The notes beneath the pieces were generated by a model that was not told where the DNA came from, did not search any database, and saw only the letters and a program-made list of their open reading frames with translations. The translations under genes were made by a program, and so were the position numbers. A DNA stretch of 57,784 nt, counting the filler, from Dugesia japonica (taxonomy: Eukaryota): the NCBI GenBank assembly GCA_001938525.1. It is 6 parts of 6 records of this genome, joined end to end, with 100 filler letters (N's around TTAATTAATTAA, not from the genome) between each part and the next. Parts side by side here need not be neighbours in the genome. Positions count along the whole stretch, not along the records: positions 10,128 to 19,878 come from MQRL01607195.1; positions 19,979 to 30,078 come from MQRL01425528.1; 4 more parts are not named here. The stretch is one strand, 5' to 3'. This document shows positions 11,001 through 22,242 of the stretch, one piece after another; the stretch's first letter is position 1, and the number at the start of each line of letters is the position of its first letter.

Positions 11001-11665
11001 CTGCTAATAAATATATATATATATTTATATTAATGAAAACCTTTATAATTAAATTGTCAAATAAAATATACTAAATAATTTTAAGATTAAATTTTAATAT
11101 GCTATGATAATTTCAATACGCTTTAAAATTTAAAAATTTCCTAAGTTATGAGTTATCGACCTCTTTTCGGTTAGTTGGCGACAGTAAATCCAATTAAACG
11201 TTGAAATGAATCATAGAAATAAGAGATTTGCATTAATTATTTTATTGGCAGTATTGAAAGCATATCATTCAAGTTCAAATACACAACAGGATCTAGCTGA
11301 CTATCGATCCTCACTGTGCTGTATATTATGTTTAATAAATATTGTATATTTGATATTATACTCTTTAATTTGAGTCAAGCAAGAAAAAAACTAATTATCA
11401 CATAAATATAAAACTGATTACTACTAACACTCGCTGAACACCAAAAATAGGCGATGTATTCTGCAAATACTTGAAGTATCTGTTTTTCAAATAAAAAGAA
11501 GTCAAAGATGGAGGAAAGTATTTCTATTCAAACACCTAAAATTATCAGGAATCCAACAAATGTATGAATTGAATTTTGGAAACAAACAACAAATATATAA
11601 ATTTAACAAAATCAAAATGTCAAATGTAATAATTTTTTCAATCATAACTTATTGAATTATTAATT

Positions 11666-12568
11666 TCACAAAGATTCACTATCATCGAAAACAAAATTAA
11701 GAAGTTTTGACTCAAATTCCACTAGACTTTGAGTGTTCCTTATTCTTTGCAAAATGATCAATAAGTACCCACCGCTTACACAAATAATTAAAGATGTGAA
11801 GCTAAAAATAATTAAAAATGCTGTTTTCAAAAAGTGATCATTGAAATTTATATAATCATTATGAACTTCAAAATTGAAAATCTCATCATTGATAATTGTA
11901 TAATTAAACAATGTATCCCGACATTTTATTTTCTTTAATAGCATTGTTCTTTCTAAAAGAATTAATCCCATATGATTTTTTTCACTATTTGGATAATAAA
12001 AATGGGTTTTATTCAAATTATCGTCCATAATTTCTAAAATCGTCCGACCACCTTTATTATCATAAAGTCGACAACCCACCAGAATTATATCACCTTCTTT
12101 CAAAAACCGTTGTTTGAATTTCCTTTGAGAAGTATGAATCCATTCTATTTCCATATCTCTTAAAGTAGCTTTTTGAATTGGGATTTTAATGGTTTTCATT
12201 GGAGATTTGAAAAATAAATAAATAATTTCCCAATTATCACGAGTTTCATTTTCATTTAACAATAAAATTATCAAAATTTTCGGTTGATCTGGATATTGAA
12301 TTATTTTAAATGTGTGTTTGATTTCGTTTTTTAATGATCTATCGAGAAAATTTAAATTCGGATTTATCGATAAAATCCGATTTTCATTTTGATAAATTTC
12401 TAATTCACAATTCTCTGTCCATTTATTCAGTAATGATCTAATTGAAATTGTTGTGTAAATATGTTGAACTACAAGTTCAGGATAAAACTTTACTTCAATG
12501 TTAGCATGGAGAATTCTCCATATTGAAATAAATACAATATTAATTAATAATTGAATTTTCTTTTCCAT
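11666..12568 (-). CDS. Intronless 300-aa type I membrane protein, possibly two Ig-like domains
   Basis: Uninterrupted 903-nt ORF in very AT-rich DNA; N-terminal signal peptide, beta-rich ectodomain with LKEGDIILVGC...KIKC, several N-x-S/T sites, one TM, short tail. Confidence 0.7.
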   Translation of the reverse strand: MEKKIQLLINIVFISIWRILHANIEVKFYPELVVQHIYTTISIRSLLNKWTENCELEIYQNENRILSINPNLNFLDRSLKNEIKHTFKIIQYPDQPKILIILLLNENETRDNWEIIYLFFKSPMKTIKIPIQKATLRDMEIEWIHTSQRKFKQRFLKEGDIILVGCRLYDNKGGRTILEIMDDNLNKTHFYYPNSEKNHMGLILLERTMLLKKIKCRDTLFNYTIINDEIFNFEVHNDYINFNDHFLKTAFLIIFSFTSLIICVSGGYLLIILQRIRNTQSLVEFESKLLNFVFDDSESL

Positions 12569-13414
12569 ATACTAACTAATCGATATAATTTCATAAATGA
12601 AATAGAAATAGAAATTAAGAAAAACATACTATTGCACTGTGACGCTCCCTCCTCCGAAGAGAAGTATTGAACTTATGGAGTTCTATAGTAGTTCTTCGGA
12701 TTTGTAATTTTTTGTACCAGTTGTACGGACATTTTTATGACTGTCCATTTTAACTCTTTACCGCTACTACTGATCTTTCATTTGATTTTATTTTTCTTTC
12801 TTTCACTTCATTTTTTTCTTATCATCTAATGTTTCTGTTTCTTTCTTTATAGTCTTTACTTTTATTATATGAGTCTTCTTTCCTTTCTAGTCATCCTTTG
12901 GCACTGATGCTCGCTTAACAGTTTCCATATTTGTAATTATATTTCTTTCTTATTTCTCTCATTATTGTTTTGTTTAATATGTTTATTTATATCATTCTTT
13001 CCCTTGCTATATACTTACATTTCAGACATTTTTCACTTCCAATTTTTGTTCTAACTTTCTCCTGCCACTTCTCTTGTTTTTTTATCTATGTTTCTTCGAT
13101 TTCTTAGTATTTCTTTCTTTTATGTAGTATTATTTATATTTCTTTCGATTCCTTTCTTTACTATTGATTTGATATAGTTCTTATCTTTCTCGACATTTTC
13201 TTTCTACGTTTGCTTTTGTCTCCCGCTGATTTTGATTCCTACTTTGCATTTAAACACTTCAACTTCTTTCATTATGTTTATATCTTCCAATTTTCTTTAA
13301 AGGTTATGCCTTTTAGTTGTGATTAAACACTTTGTGCTTAGAAGTTTGTTTCTTTCATGTAATTCTTTTACCTCCTGCCTGTTTCGTCTTTTTGTCCCTA
13401 GAAATTTCCATATA

Positions 13415-13759
13415 CACCCATCCCTCGCTTAACACGATACTCACTTAACACGGTTTCGCTTTAACACGGTTTTTAAAAAACAGTTTTGTTCGATTAAATC
13501 TTGCTTTGCAGACGTGCGCACAGCTGTGGAAATTTCTAAGAATAACGGTCAGGGTATTTCTGGACAATAACTGTCCATTTTAAAAGTAAAAAAAATTTCG
13601 AAATTGTCTGAATATAATCGCATTGGCAATAACAGACATTAAAAAATCTACTTTAAATGCATGTTGGAAAGCATATATTTGTTAGTCTTGCTTAACACGG
13701 TTTCGTTTAACACGGTGATCTAGCAGAACCTATCTTCCGTATTAAGCGAGGGATGGGTG
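13415..13759. mobile_element. pogo/Tigger-derived MITE
   Basis: TIRs CACCCATCCCTCGCTTAA / TTAAGCGAGGGATGGGTG, TA on both sides, subterminal TTAACACGG repeats, residual STLNACWK transposase scrap. Confidence 0.9.
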
Positions 13760-14089
13760 TACATCTGTTAAGCAATATAAGGGAAACTTTTAAAAATGTT
13801 TTAAAAGGAGAAGTTTTTAGGTTGTTTTAATTTTTCAGTTTTTTTAAACTTGTTTGGCGAAAATTTGCATTTGGAGAATATTTGATAAGAAAGTAAATTT
13901 TGTACATTTTTATAAAGTTTTCACTATTTGATTGTAATTGATTTGTAATTTAAGTATTGATTAAGTTTTTATTAAGTTGTAATTTATTTGTAAATAATAA
14001 TTATATTTATTTAAAATATGTTTTATTCTAAAGATCTATAATCATTGTCTTCAGTTATTTTTTGTAATGAATACAAAGGAAGAAAGAGG

Positions 14090-14320
14090 TGCGTATTTCT
14101 CAAGACCATACTCAAGGTCATTTTCTTCTTTTGTTGTTATTGACCATGTTTCTGCACCATATGTCGATATGAGTCTTCCTCTGTAATTTGATGGGACCCT
14201 TGTTACTCCTTTTCTTATGTATAATATCCGTACTTCTGCGTCTTTCCATTTATTGTGGGAAGACTGCTTTCCCCATCTACATAGCGTCTAGTTTCTCTCT
14301 GTCTTATCAATTAATTCGTC
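14090..14320 (-). mobile_element. RTE-like non-LTR retrotransposon scrap
   Basis: WKDAEVRILYIRKG..PSNYRG joined directly to TYGAETWS. Confidence 0.55.
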
Positions 14321-14324
14321 AATT

Positions 14325-14570
14325 CCAATTCTTTGCATGTTTCATGGCAATCCTCTTTCAATAGAATTACTAGATGGTCCCCATTAAACTGGAATTGTCG
14401 ACTGGAGTGGACAGTATCTTAAAGATCAATTTGCCATTTTAAAACTTAGTAAACCAATCTTTTGCAGTACTCCAGATCATTGCACCTTCTCCGTATATAG
14501 CTCAATTATCTTGGACCACCTTTGCGACTTTTAAACCTCAATTAAAAGCAAATTAAAGTATGTCTAAAAT
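14325..14570 (-). mobile_element. mariner transposase N-terminal HTH remnant
   Basis: IYGEGAM..STAKDWFTKF*NG ... LLKEDCHETCKEL. Confidence 0.6.
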
Positions 14571-15659
14571 GTTGTTTTTTATTTATTTGGCGTGGTGGTG
14601 TGGTTAATGGTGTGGTTAAACTAACTACAATTTAAAATAAAAAAATAAAATCACGAAAATAATTTATTTATAATATTTTACTCAAAACTACCACCTTTTT
14701 TAATTTATTTTTTAAAAATAAACCCCACTTTTTAAAAACCTTTTGCCAGCGTCGACGGAGAACGGGCTTGATAAGGCTTTTTCAAGTAGGATTATGCGTT
14801 ACTATACAAGAAGTTAACCCAATACAATAAGTTAATTAATTTTTATAGATAATAATATCGAGAATTACGTGCAAAAAGATTTATTTTTTACTAAAGTTTA
14901 TTAAGAAAGAAAATTATAAACAAGATTTTGTCAATCATATATTAAATCATAGCTGATATATTCTAAAATATTATTTACAACCGTTATAAAAATATACTGT
15001 CATCAATTTTTGTCATCAATTTTATTCATTAATTTGGTAAATAAATGGTAAATAACTAATGATATAGTTTTCGCGATTGTTACTAATGAAGGTTATGCGA
15101 TGTTTCTGCTTATTTCCTTATTCGCCTTAAAATTACTGCTCCTGTAAATATTGACATTGGCTCCTTTTTTTATCTGCTTTTGACAGACTTAATTATTTTA
15201 TTTCATAATTTTCCCGGGTCTAATATCTTGTCTGTCATATTTTGCGTCTTTCATTTTATTAATTTTGGTTAACTTTCTAATTACTGTTTGTTATTTCTAA
15301 ATAATTTTTTTCTAAATAATTATTTCTAGATTTGCGAATGCTTGACTTCTCACAATCTTAGAAAGCTGATTGTGGTAGCCGGCTAAATCATCCAAATGTG
15401 GGGGGAAAGGTTAAACTACTAAAATAGTATATCTATATCAACACCCAAATAAAGAACAAAAACAAAATTTCTTATTTATGTTAGATTACTTGTGGGGTGA
15501 AGGTTTNAAAAATGAATTCTAGATCATTAATATTAATTGGGATCCAGGTAAAATTATATTTATAATTAATTACATAATATTAGGTAATGCAGGAAGTAAT
15601 GGTGGGTTTTGAAATGAAACTTTAAACTTTCATTACTAAGTCCATTACAAAAGTTTTAT

Positions 15660-16175
15660 TAAAAATAAGCACCATTGGAATCTAAAAATTTTTGCAAAAC
15701 TAATTTAAGTTTATTGATTCTCACGTGAAAAAAAATCTGGAATTAATGAAATCTCTGAACGCTGTTTTGATACCGCATTAAATTTTGAACACTTTATCCT
15801 TAAAGAAGTGACCAAGCTGTTTAATGAATTGGAAATGTGTGAGAGCCAGATTTGGTGAGTATGATGGGTTTGCAAGAGTTTCATATCCTAACTTGTGTAG
15901 TTTTTGTACGACCATTTGTGAAACATGGCAATGTACTTTGTCTTGAAGAAGTATTGGACCCTTCGATTGACTAAAGCTGGCTGTTTTTGCACCAATGTTA
16001 TATACTTTTCTTCGAACTGCTCACAGTACGATGTCGCAGTGATTATTTCGTCAGACTGGATATAAGAATATCGAATAACTTCCCCAGTTGACAACCATAC
16101 AGTACAAATAGACTTCTTTAAATTGAGATTCATTTTTTGGAATTGTTTAAGGGACTCATCAATAGGTAGCAGCAT
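15660..16175 (-). mobile_element. mariner transposase catalytic-domain remnant
   Basis: TVW...ITATSYCEQ...KQPALVNR and YETLANPSYSPNLA (cf. HPPYSPDL). Confidence 0.8.
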
Positions 16176-16510
16176 TCACTCTGTTTCATTTTAAAACTAT
16201 CAATTACATATTACTTATTAAGATATTTTAACACTACAAATGTATATTTCCTATAATTAGTATCAGTATGAATAAATCTAAGAATTCATTATACTTTTAT
16301 AAAAATGAACACAAATACAATAAATAAATAATTCTTAAATTATTAATAAAATATACATAATATATAATAAAAAAACAAATATATAACAACATTTATTTCA
16401 TCATTTAAACACAAAATCACAATAAATTGTTAAATAATCATCGTTTCGTCGTCTTCTTCTTTTTCTTTTACAATCAAAGGTCATTAAAATAAAGATTAAA
16501 CTCTTATTGT

Positions 16511-17200
16511 TTAATTATGAATTTTATAATGACCATATGTCATACTAGTATTTCTTTCGCTCCAAAAACGCTTATCATCCAGGCAAGACAATACACGTTT
16601 CTTACTCTCTGTCGGGGTAAATAAGACAATTGAGCTCTTTTGTTAAATTATCACTATCTAAAATCCAACCGTATTCAGATCAAGTGCGTCTCTGTTAATT
16701 AATTCTTCCAAAAATAAATAATAATTACTTTATTTGAATTAAATCAAGATAGATTTCTCTCCAATAAATTTATTCAATTAACTTTATGAATTTAATCCAT
16801 ATATTTCTTCTGCAAATCTGCAAATTTCATGCAAAACTGAATCTATATTTATAGTATATTTTACGCACAAGTACAAGTTAACTTTTTAAAATTCACACAA
16901 AAAATATAACAAATAAAATCTTAACATACTCAATTTTGACTTTTACAAAAGGCCTTCAATAAAATACTTCGTCAAATAAAATTCATAAGGTAAATTTCCA
17001 ATCAAATCATTTGTTCACATCGAAATCCGATTGGTCGCACATCGACTTTTAATTTTTGCTATCAACAGAGGATTTGCGATCAAACCCCTTAATATTTTAA
17101 AATAACTCCATGTTCTCTCAAAATTGATAGTAACCTCCAAATATCTTATGTATAAAATATTTTGCATTCAAATTAATTATTTTGTCTAAATTCAATTATT
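16511..17200 (-). pseudogene. Polinton/Maverick protein-primed PolB, decayed C-terminal part
   Basis: KRVLSCLDDKRFWSERNTSMTYGHYKIHN* matches the pPolB C-terminal LS..DDKR...YGHY motif; upstream motifs are heavily degenerate. Confidence 0.6.
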
Positions 17201-17612
17201 CGAAGGTTTCATAATTTGTTTTTAACCACCTTCTCTTCTAAAAAAATAATTTAACATTATTTACGATGATTTGTGGTGTTTAGACTTCATTTTAAATTAT
17301 ATATTTATATTTATTATTAAACTATGTTTTCCTTTTANATACTCTTTTTCAACAATATACCACTATTATCATGAATTAAATGTTTGTTTCATTATTCATA
17401 TTGATTTTGTATTTTAACATTATTTATTTCTACAATTTAATTTACAGTGTTATATGCATTTAAATTTACAATCGATATGTTTTAATTTATTTTGATCTTT
17501 TGGAATTTCAATTTTTATATTTTTATTTTCTCAACTATTACATCTCTATTGTGTAAACCTNNNNNNNNNNNNNNNNNNNNNNNNNNNNNNNNNNNNNNNN
17601 NNNNNNNNNNNN

Positions 17613-18000
17613 TCTGTCTATATTTTTGTTGTACTCATTTAAATAATTTTTATGATTGATATCAGTTTGCTTTAAACTGACTTCTTTGACCTTCATTGTT
17701 TTATTACATCTTCTTTCTTCAAACTATAACATTTTGGCCTTAGGAATAATTCAGTATAATCTTCACTTTCTTATTCATCTTTAAACAATCCAATTTTGTT
17801 GGCCACATTGTTGGAATAGTGTGAATGATCTTTTGGATAATTGCTTGTATTCAAGGGACCATTCGATTTCATCTAAGACAACAGTTGGTTTCTATTTACT
17901 TTGGTACATGATAAGAAAAAACTANNNNNNNNNNNNNNNNNNNNNNNNNNNNNNNNNNNNNNNNNNNNNNGATAATTTTCCAACTCTTGTTTTTGTGCTC
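17613..18000 (-). pseudogene. Polinton pPolB fragment
   Basis: NTSNYPKDH / YSNNVANKIGLFKDE / LRPKCYS (cf. DTSNYPKDH..K..GKFKDE..LRPKMYS). Confidence 0.7.
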
Positions 18001-18449
18001 ACTGTTTTTAGAATAGTATAATTTTAATTTTGCTAACAATTTCAATGTAAGCATCTCTTAATCTTGAGGCTCTAGGCTGAAGCCTATAAGAAGCTTCTAG
18101 TTAGCCTATAAGAAAATCCGGCCCTGTCTATAGAAAACCCCTATAAAAAACCATGTTAAACCCTTATAAAAGCATTATAAAACCAATTATAACATCATAT
18201 AAAATATCATTATAAAACCACAATAAATACCATAAAATTCATGAAACTACCCACAAATCCGTTAAATTTTATGAAAACCCCCCAAGAAAATATTTGAATT
18301 TTTACGTAGGATTTAGGTAAAATTCTATCAGAAACTTTACAAATTATTAAGCACTTCAAGATTACCTCAATTTGGAACCAAATTTTACAAAATCATGTCA
18401 CACTTCTAGAAAATACAATTTTATCTTTGGCAAAGCTCATAGAATTTCT

Positions 18450-19343
18450 CTTATTCTGATAATTGAATGATTGTTTATATCAAGAATTCTTTGAATTGTA
18501 TGGAATATCTATTAGAAGGGAAATAAAGTAATTTGTTAAGAAACCTCAAAATGTCTTATACCAGTTGGAGTAGCTGGTAAATAATCAAAATATTTAATAA
18601 AAACTACTTTTTACCAGAGGTGTTTTCAAGTTTATTTCGAAAACTTAAGGAAAACAATTTTTATACCACCAAAAAAATTATAAAGTGCATTAAAACTCGA
18701 GTGAATGCCANAAGAAAAGAAAAATTAAGATCTTTGTTAGATACCTGCATTGTGGAAAAATTTCTCGAAGTAATGAAGATTTAACATATTCATAAAAAAT
18801 AATAATACATACCATAATAGCTAATAACATGTATCCAAATTTTATTATTTCTTAAAGTTGATGTAATTGATGCAGATAATAAATCAATGACATCTAAATA
18901 TATAAACTTGAAAGAACATAATCAAGAACTACAAAATAACAGAAAAGAGAAAGCAGATTCCAAAAGAAAATAAACCAGAAAATCAGAACAATACATTAAA
19001 GATTGGAGATGGGGTAATGGTAAAAACAGAAGAGAGATGGTTACTTAAAAAAAAGATATAGAGGACCGTGGATAGTAAGCAAGTTACTCAGTAATTATAA
19101 TTTAGAATGGGATGATGGAATGAAAGAAATTCGTCGAAATCTTCACCAAGTTAAACGATTCAATGGAATATTCAGAAATAAAAAAGAAACAGAATCGATC
19201 ATTAGTGTCACATATTCGTCAGTAAACAACAGTGATGTAAAAGCTGTTCTTATAGACAACTCAGAACAATATAAAAGGCGATATCCAATTAGAGAAAGGA
19301 AGCCAAATCCCAAAAATATGATCAACTCTTAAAAGAAAGGGGA
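18450..19343 (+). mobile_element. Ty3/gypsy integrase C-terminus and polypurine tract
   Basis: GD.VMVK...KRYRGPWIV (GPY/F module), RRYPIRERKP tail, PPT AAAAGAAAGGGGA at 19331-19343. Confidence 0.7.
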
Positions 19344-19344
19344 T

Positions 19345-19590
19345 TGTGATGTATCTTAATAATATTAATAAATTTGTGTAGTTTGCAAATAAATTGCAGT
19401 TACTTTATTGCTTATCAATAACAAATAGATAACTATATTTTTGTTGGGAAACATTAAATACTCATAACAAACATAAATATAACAAACACAGTATCCAAAC
19501 AACTCAAATACAAGATTCAGAAGAAAAAAATCTCACAATCATCCGATTCAAGCCAAAATCCAACACCAGCAAGCGGCAACTTGATCAACA
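19345..19590 (+). repeat. Putative 3' LTR
   Basis: Starts TGT right after the PPT; candidate end ...TCAACA. Confidence 0.5.
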
Positions 19591-19878
19591 TTTTATAATT
19601 CAGATATTTTTATTAAACTTCTATTAGAAGATTAATTTTATTTTATGTGTAATAATAATTCATGTACAAAATTTATTTTATTTTTCATCTGTATCTGTAT
19701 GTTGGGCTGGAACACCAAAATTAGTCGAGNAACTAAAGAAATACAGAAGGGTGAAAATATATAAAATAAAGAAGAATTTGCACCAAAATCGATGATCTGG
19801 ACCAAAAATATTATTAAGAAAAGCATTATTATTATTATTATGGTTATTATTATTATGTAGTTATCATTATTATAATTA

Positions 19879-19978
19879 NNNNNNNNNNNNNNNNNNNNNN
19901 NNNNNNNNNNNNNNNNNNNNNNTTAATTAATTAANNNNNNNNNNNNNNNNNNNNNNNNNNNNNNNNNNNNNNNNNNNN
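19879..19978. other. Artificial scaffold linker
   Basis: N-TTAATTAATTAA-N, 100 nt. Confidence 0.95.
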
Positions 19979-19980
19979 TG

Positions 19981-20085
19981 GATATAAAGTTTGCTAAAGC
20001 TTTGGAGGCGCCAGCATATGTTATAATATATGGAGCATTTGAAAGCGAAATCCGAATAAATGCTAACAGAACAGTACTACTGTAA
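19981..20085 (+). CDS. C-terminus of Polinton major capsid protein (double jelly-roll)
   Basis: DIKFAKALEAPAYVIIYGAFESEIRINANRTVLL* resembles the Polinton MCP end (F..AL......IY..F...I.I...R.V) and lies just upstream of the protease. Confidence 0.65.
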   Translation, partial: DIKFAKALEAPAYVIIYGAFESEIRINANRTVLL

Positions 20086-20296
20086 ACAATATCTAATAAA
20101 ATCAAATAATCAAAAGTATGAAGTAAGTTTTTTATTTAATTTNNNNNNNNNNNNNNNNNNNNNNNNNNNNNNNNNNNNNNNNNNNNNNNNNNNNNNNNNN
20201 NNNNNNNNNNNNNNNNNNNNNNNNNNNNNNNNNNNNNNNNNNNNNNNNNNNNNNNNNNNNNNNNNNNNNNNNNNNNNNNNNNNNNNNNNNNNNNNN

Positions 20297-20500
20297 GAAC
20301 ATTGGATAGCAGTTTATCATAAGCCTGAAATTATTTCAGTTTTTGATCCTCTTGGATTTTATTATCCACATATATTGATCTCAAATCTCTCAAAAATATC
20401 AAAGTTAATTGAATATAACAGAATTAGATTTCAAAATCCTTTTACAACAACATGTGGTCAACATTGTCTATTGTGGCTTAAAAGTCAACATTTTATGTGA
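20297..20500 (+). CDS. Adenain-like (C5) cysteine protease of a Polinton, 5' part in gap
   Basis: EHWIAVY...FDPLG...FQNPFTTTCGQHCLLWL carries the H, D, Q and C catalytic pattern. Confidence 0.85.
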   Translation, partial: EHWIAVYHKPEIISVFDPLGFYYPHILISNLSKISKLIEYNRIRFQNPFTTTCGQHCLLWLKSQHFM

Positions 20501-20804
20501 AAAATAATCAACATTGTAGTTGAAAATGTATATGTTGTATGTAAATAAATGTATTATATGAAAATATTTGATTTATTTTTATTTAAATTATAAAATAATT
20601 AATTAATCTTTATTAAAATCATAAAAATATAAAGCAGCTAATTGACCTTTGTTATAATAAAAACATGTCTTTGTTATTTTCATGACTAATAAATTTGTAA
20701 ATGCAAAAATATACTACGTTGCAGTACTTTAAAATTATTTTATCAAAAAAAAAATTATTTCTTGTCACAACTTGTTATACTACGTTGTGGTATTTTAAAA
20801 TTTT

Positions 20805-20975
20805 TGATATACACTTACAAAGAGGATAGAAAAAGTTATGATTCATACACAAATAGTTTAATGGGAATAGAAAATATATTATACACACATACAAAGGGAT
20901 AGAAAATATATGATACACACATACAAAGTGGATAGAAAAATTAAAATGCATGCATACAATGGTGAAAGAAAAATT
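20805..20975 (+). repeat. Imperfect ~31-bp tandem repeats
   Basis: About four copies of (g)atacacacatacaaag.gatagaaaa. Confidence 0.7.
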
Positions 20976-21103
20976 ATTTTGACATTATAAAAGCAGTTAA
21001 TTTTGAAAAATTTTCAATTTTCAAAAAACTATTTTTAAAAGCGACAAATTTGATACGTAGGTTTATTATTTTTTATATTTCTTTTATATATATTTTTTAG
21101 ATT

Positions 21104-21389
21104 ATGAACAATCAAAGTATATTGAGAACATTGTTGAGCGAAGAAAAGGTAAACTATTTCCATTATTATTTTTATTTATTTTACATTTTCAGGTTATGGA
21201 CAAAATAAACGATAAACGAAATATGAATTCGTCAAGTTTAATGATGGATAATGTAAATTTACTTTTAGTATTTAATGATTATTAATTTTATTTTAGAATC
21301 ATAATAATTCAAAGCAAGGTGGAAGAGGTATCAAAAGAAAGAGTTTAATTAAAATAAATTTATTATCAACAGTTTATTTTCCAGTGTAA
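21104..21389 (+). CDS. Small spliced ORF (46 or 65 aa)
   Basis: TATAAAAG at 20986; GT-AG introns 21057-21100, 21149-21192 and 21253-21296, each 44 nt; exons join in frame as MNNQSILRTLLSEEK|VMDKINDKRNMNSSSLMMDN|NHNNSKQGGR... Confidence 0.6.
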
Positions 21390-21719
21390 AAAACAAATTT
21401 CATATTAACTTTTAATACAAAATTTCACAATAATTCCGTTTTTGTTCGTTTGCCTTACAAATTAATTGAACTATTAATCATTTAATTCAAGAAATAAATT
21501 ATTATTATTTAGCTACTTATCATATATAAATAATATAATCTTTTAAATTATTATATAATGTTAAAAAAGAAAAATCTTTCTATAACAACATAATTTAGAT
21601 ATACAGATAATACAAAATGAACGTATACTAATAAATATTAAAGTAAAATTTTAAAAACGATTAATTTCAAATAACTAAAATATTTCTGTTTAATTATTTA
21701 AAATAATAATTATTAGTAC

Positions 21720-22242
21720 CGTCAAATCTTCATTTATGGAACATTCCGATAACAATTGTTTTGATTTATTTGGTTCATTTCTACATGTTGTACCAATCAA
21801 AGTGATTTCGAATTCAACTAATAATCCAGCAACAATCTTAAATAATAGTAAAAAAAAGAATTAATTTTACTTTCAATTTAAATAGTGAATCATGTTAATT
21901 AATAAAATATTGAAAACTATTTTCAACATTAAAATTAGTAATTTGAAAACTTAAATTTAAAATTAATTTCATTTAAAATATAAATATGTTCTATTTAATA
22001 AGAAAAAAGTTTTATAAATTACATGAAATAGTTACCTGTTTATAAATACTATGAACTTGATAAGGAGCATATGAAAAAGCACTGTTCAATCTTCCATTAT
22101 ACATGTTTATTGCTTCTCGAAAAATTTCTTCCAAGTGAGGATCTTTTCTTAATTCTGTAACACTAACACCTCGTTTTTGTCCGGTACATAGTAAATGACC
22201 AATTTGAATAAAAACAATGAATAGAATTTTTAATTGAATCAT
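21720..22242 (-). CDS. Secreted type 2 cystatin, exons 1-2 (22242-22036, 21836-21720)
   Basis: Signal peptide, N-terminal Gly, Q|IVAG motif formed across a phase-0 GT-AG intron, TTC...C disulfide pair; third exon not identified. Confidence 0.85.

Noticed and set aside
12620-13410. Purine-rich minus-strand coding-like stretch
   Set aside because: Many stops and no motif I can assign; probably old TE debris.
16511-20500. One Polinton comprising the PolB remnants plus capsid/protease
   Set aside because: A scaffold linker separates them, and they differ in strand and degree of decay.
20297-22242. Protease-inhibitor pair (adenain next to cystatin)
   Set aside because: The cystatin is a secreted, intron-containing host gene that mainly targets papain-family enzymes; proximity is best explained by insertion.
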